64,000 nt of DNA from Callorhinchus milii (lineage: Eukaryota), in NCBI RefSeq assembly GCF_018977255.1, contig NW_024704756.1, forward strand, positions 13,578,001-13,642,000, read 5' to 3'. The notes under the pieces were generated by a model. The model made no database searches and was not told where the DNA came from. It saw nothing but the letters and a program-made list of their open reading frames with translations. Positions 63,486-64,000 of this stretch are shown here, one piece after another; the first letter of the stretch is position 1; each line of letters opens with the position of its first letter. The translations under genes were made by a program, and so were the position numbers.

Positions 63486-64000
63486 CTGAGACAGGAGGCA
63501 GGCAAACCACATACAGGATGTACTGAACCGTCATTTTCAGTGAATTACTGACGTAATGATTCTGGGAAATATTGTTTGCGCTAACCATGGCATTTACTGG
63601 AAACATTTCATCAAGCACATTTATGTGCAAGTGCAAATTTTAGTTTGAGTGAAAGGATTCGATCATGGACCAAGCAGACTAATAACATTTCTTCCCCACA
63701 GATAACGGAAGGGGAAAAAGTGACAGAAAATAGGTTCAACAATGTAACCTCGATTATCCACCAATCGCAATTAGCCATCACTCTTATTATAATCAAAGTT
63801 CTGCTGGCTCTTAATTTTCTTCCCTTTCAGAAAGTCACCACACTAGTTATCACCTGAAAATCCAACACTGTGACATAACACACACCAATCATCATGACTA
63901 GCAAGTGTTTTGATACCTATTTAAAAATATGAATTCCCATTAGTAAAACATTTGGTAGTGTTCCCTATCACTGTGTGTTAGACTCCTTTGTGTCCCTGGC

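Noticed and set aside
1-64000. Six-frame ORFs of 60-146 aa as genes
   Set aside because: Short, random-like composition, often spanning SINEs; none resembles a host protein. Only the L2 and CR1 remnants are recognisable.

Overview
This window is non-coding vertebrate genomic DNA (intron or gene desert, roughly 40% GC by eye). The repeat repertoire points to a cartilaginous fish, most likely a holocephalan such as Callorhinchus milii; this is from remembered consensus sequences, not a search. I find no supportable protein-coding exon, rRNA, functional tRNA or CRISPR array. The only ORFs with recognisable homology are decayed L2 and CR1 LINE ORF2 C-termini. The window holds three SINE families: a young tRNA-Ala-headed SINE, an older Deu-domain SacSINE1-like SINE sharing the same L2-type tail, and an old LmeSINE-like SINE. 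It also holds CR1 and L2 fragments, a ~210-265 bp palindromic MITE family with CWG-like flanks, a degenerate Penelope/hammerhead-like inverted repeat, and unique CpG-retaining blocks that look like conserved non-coding enhancers. The most notable observations are a multi-tier CR1>SINE>L2 nest, a recurrent SINE truncation point matching an internal inverted repeat, and the MITE family. I see no evidence of a new multi-gene system. Boundaries of old repeats are approximate.
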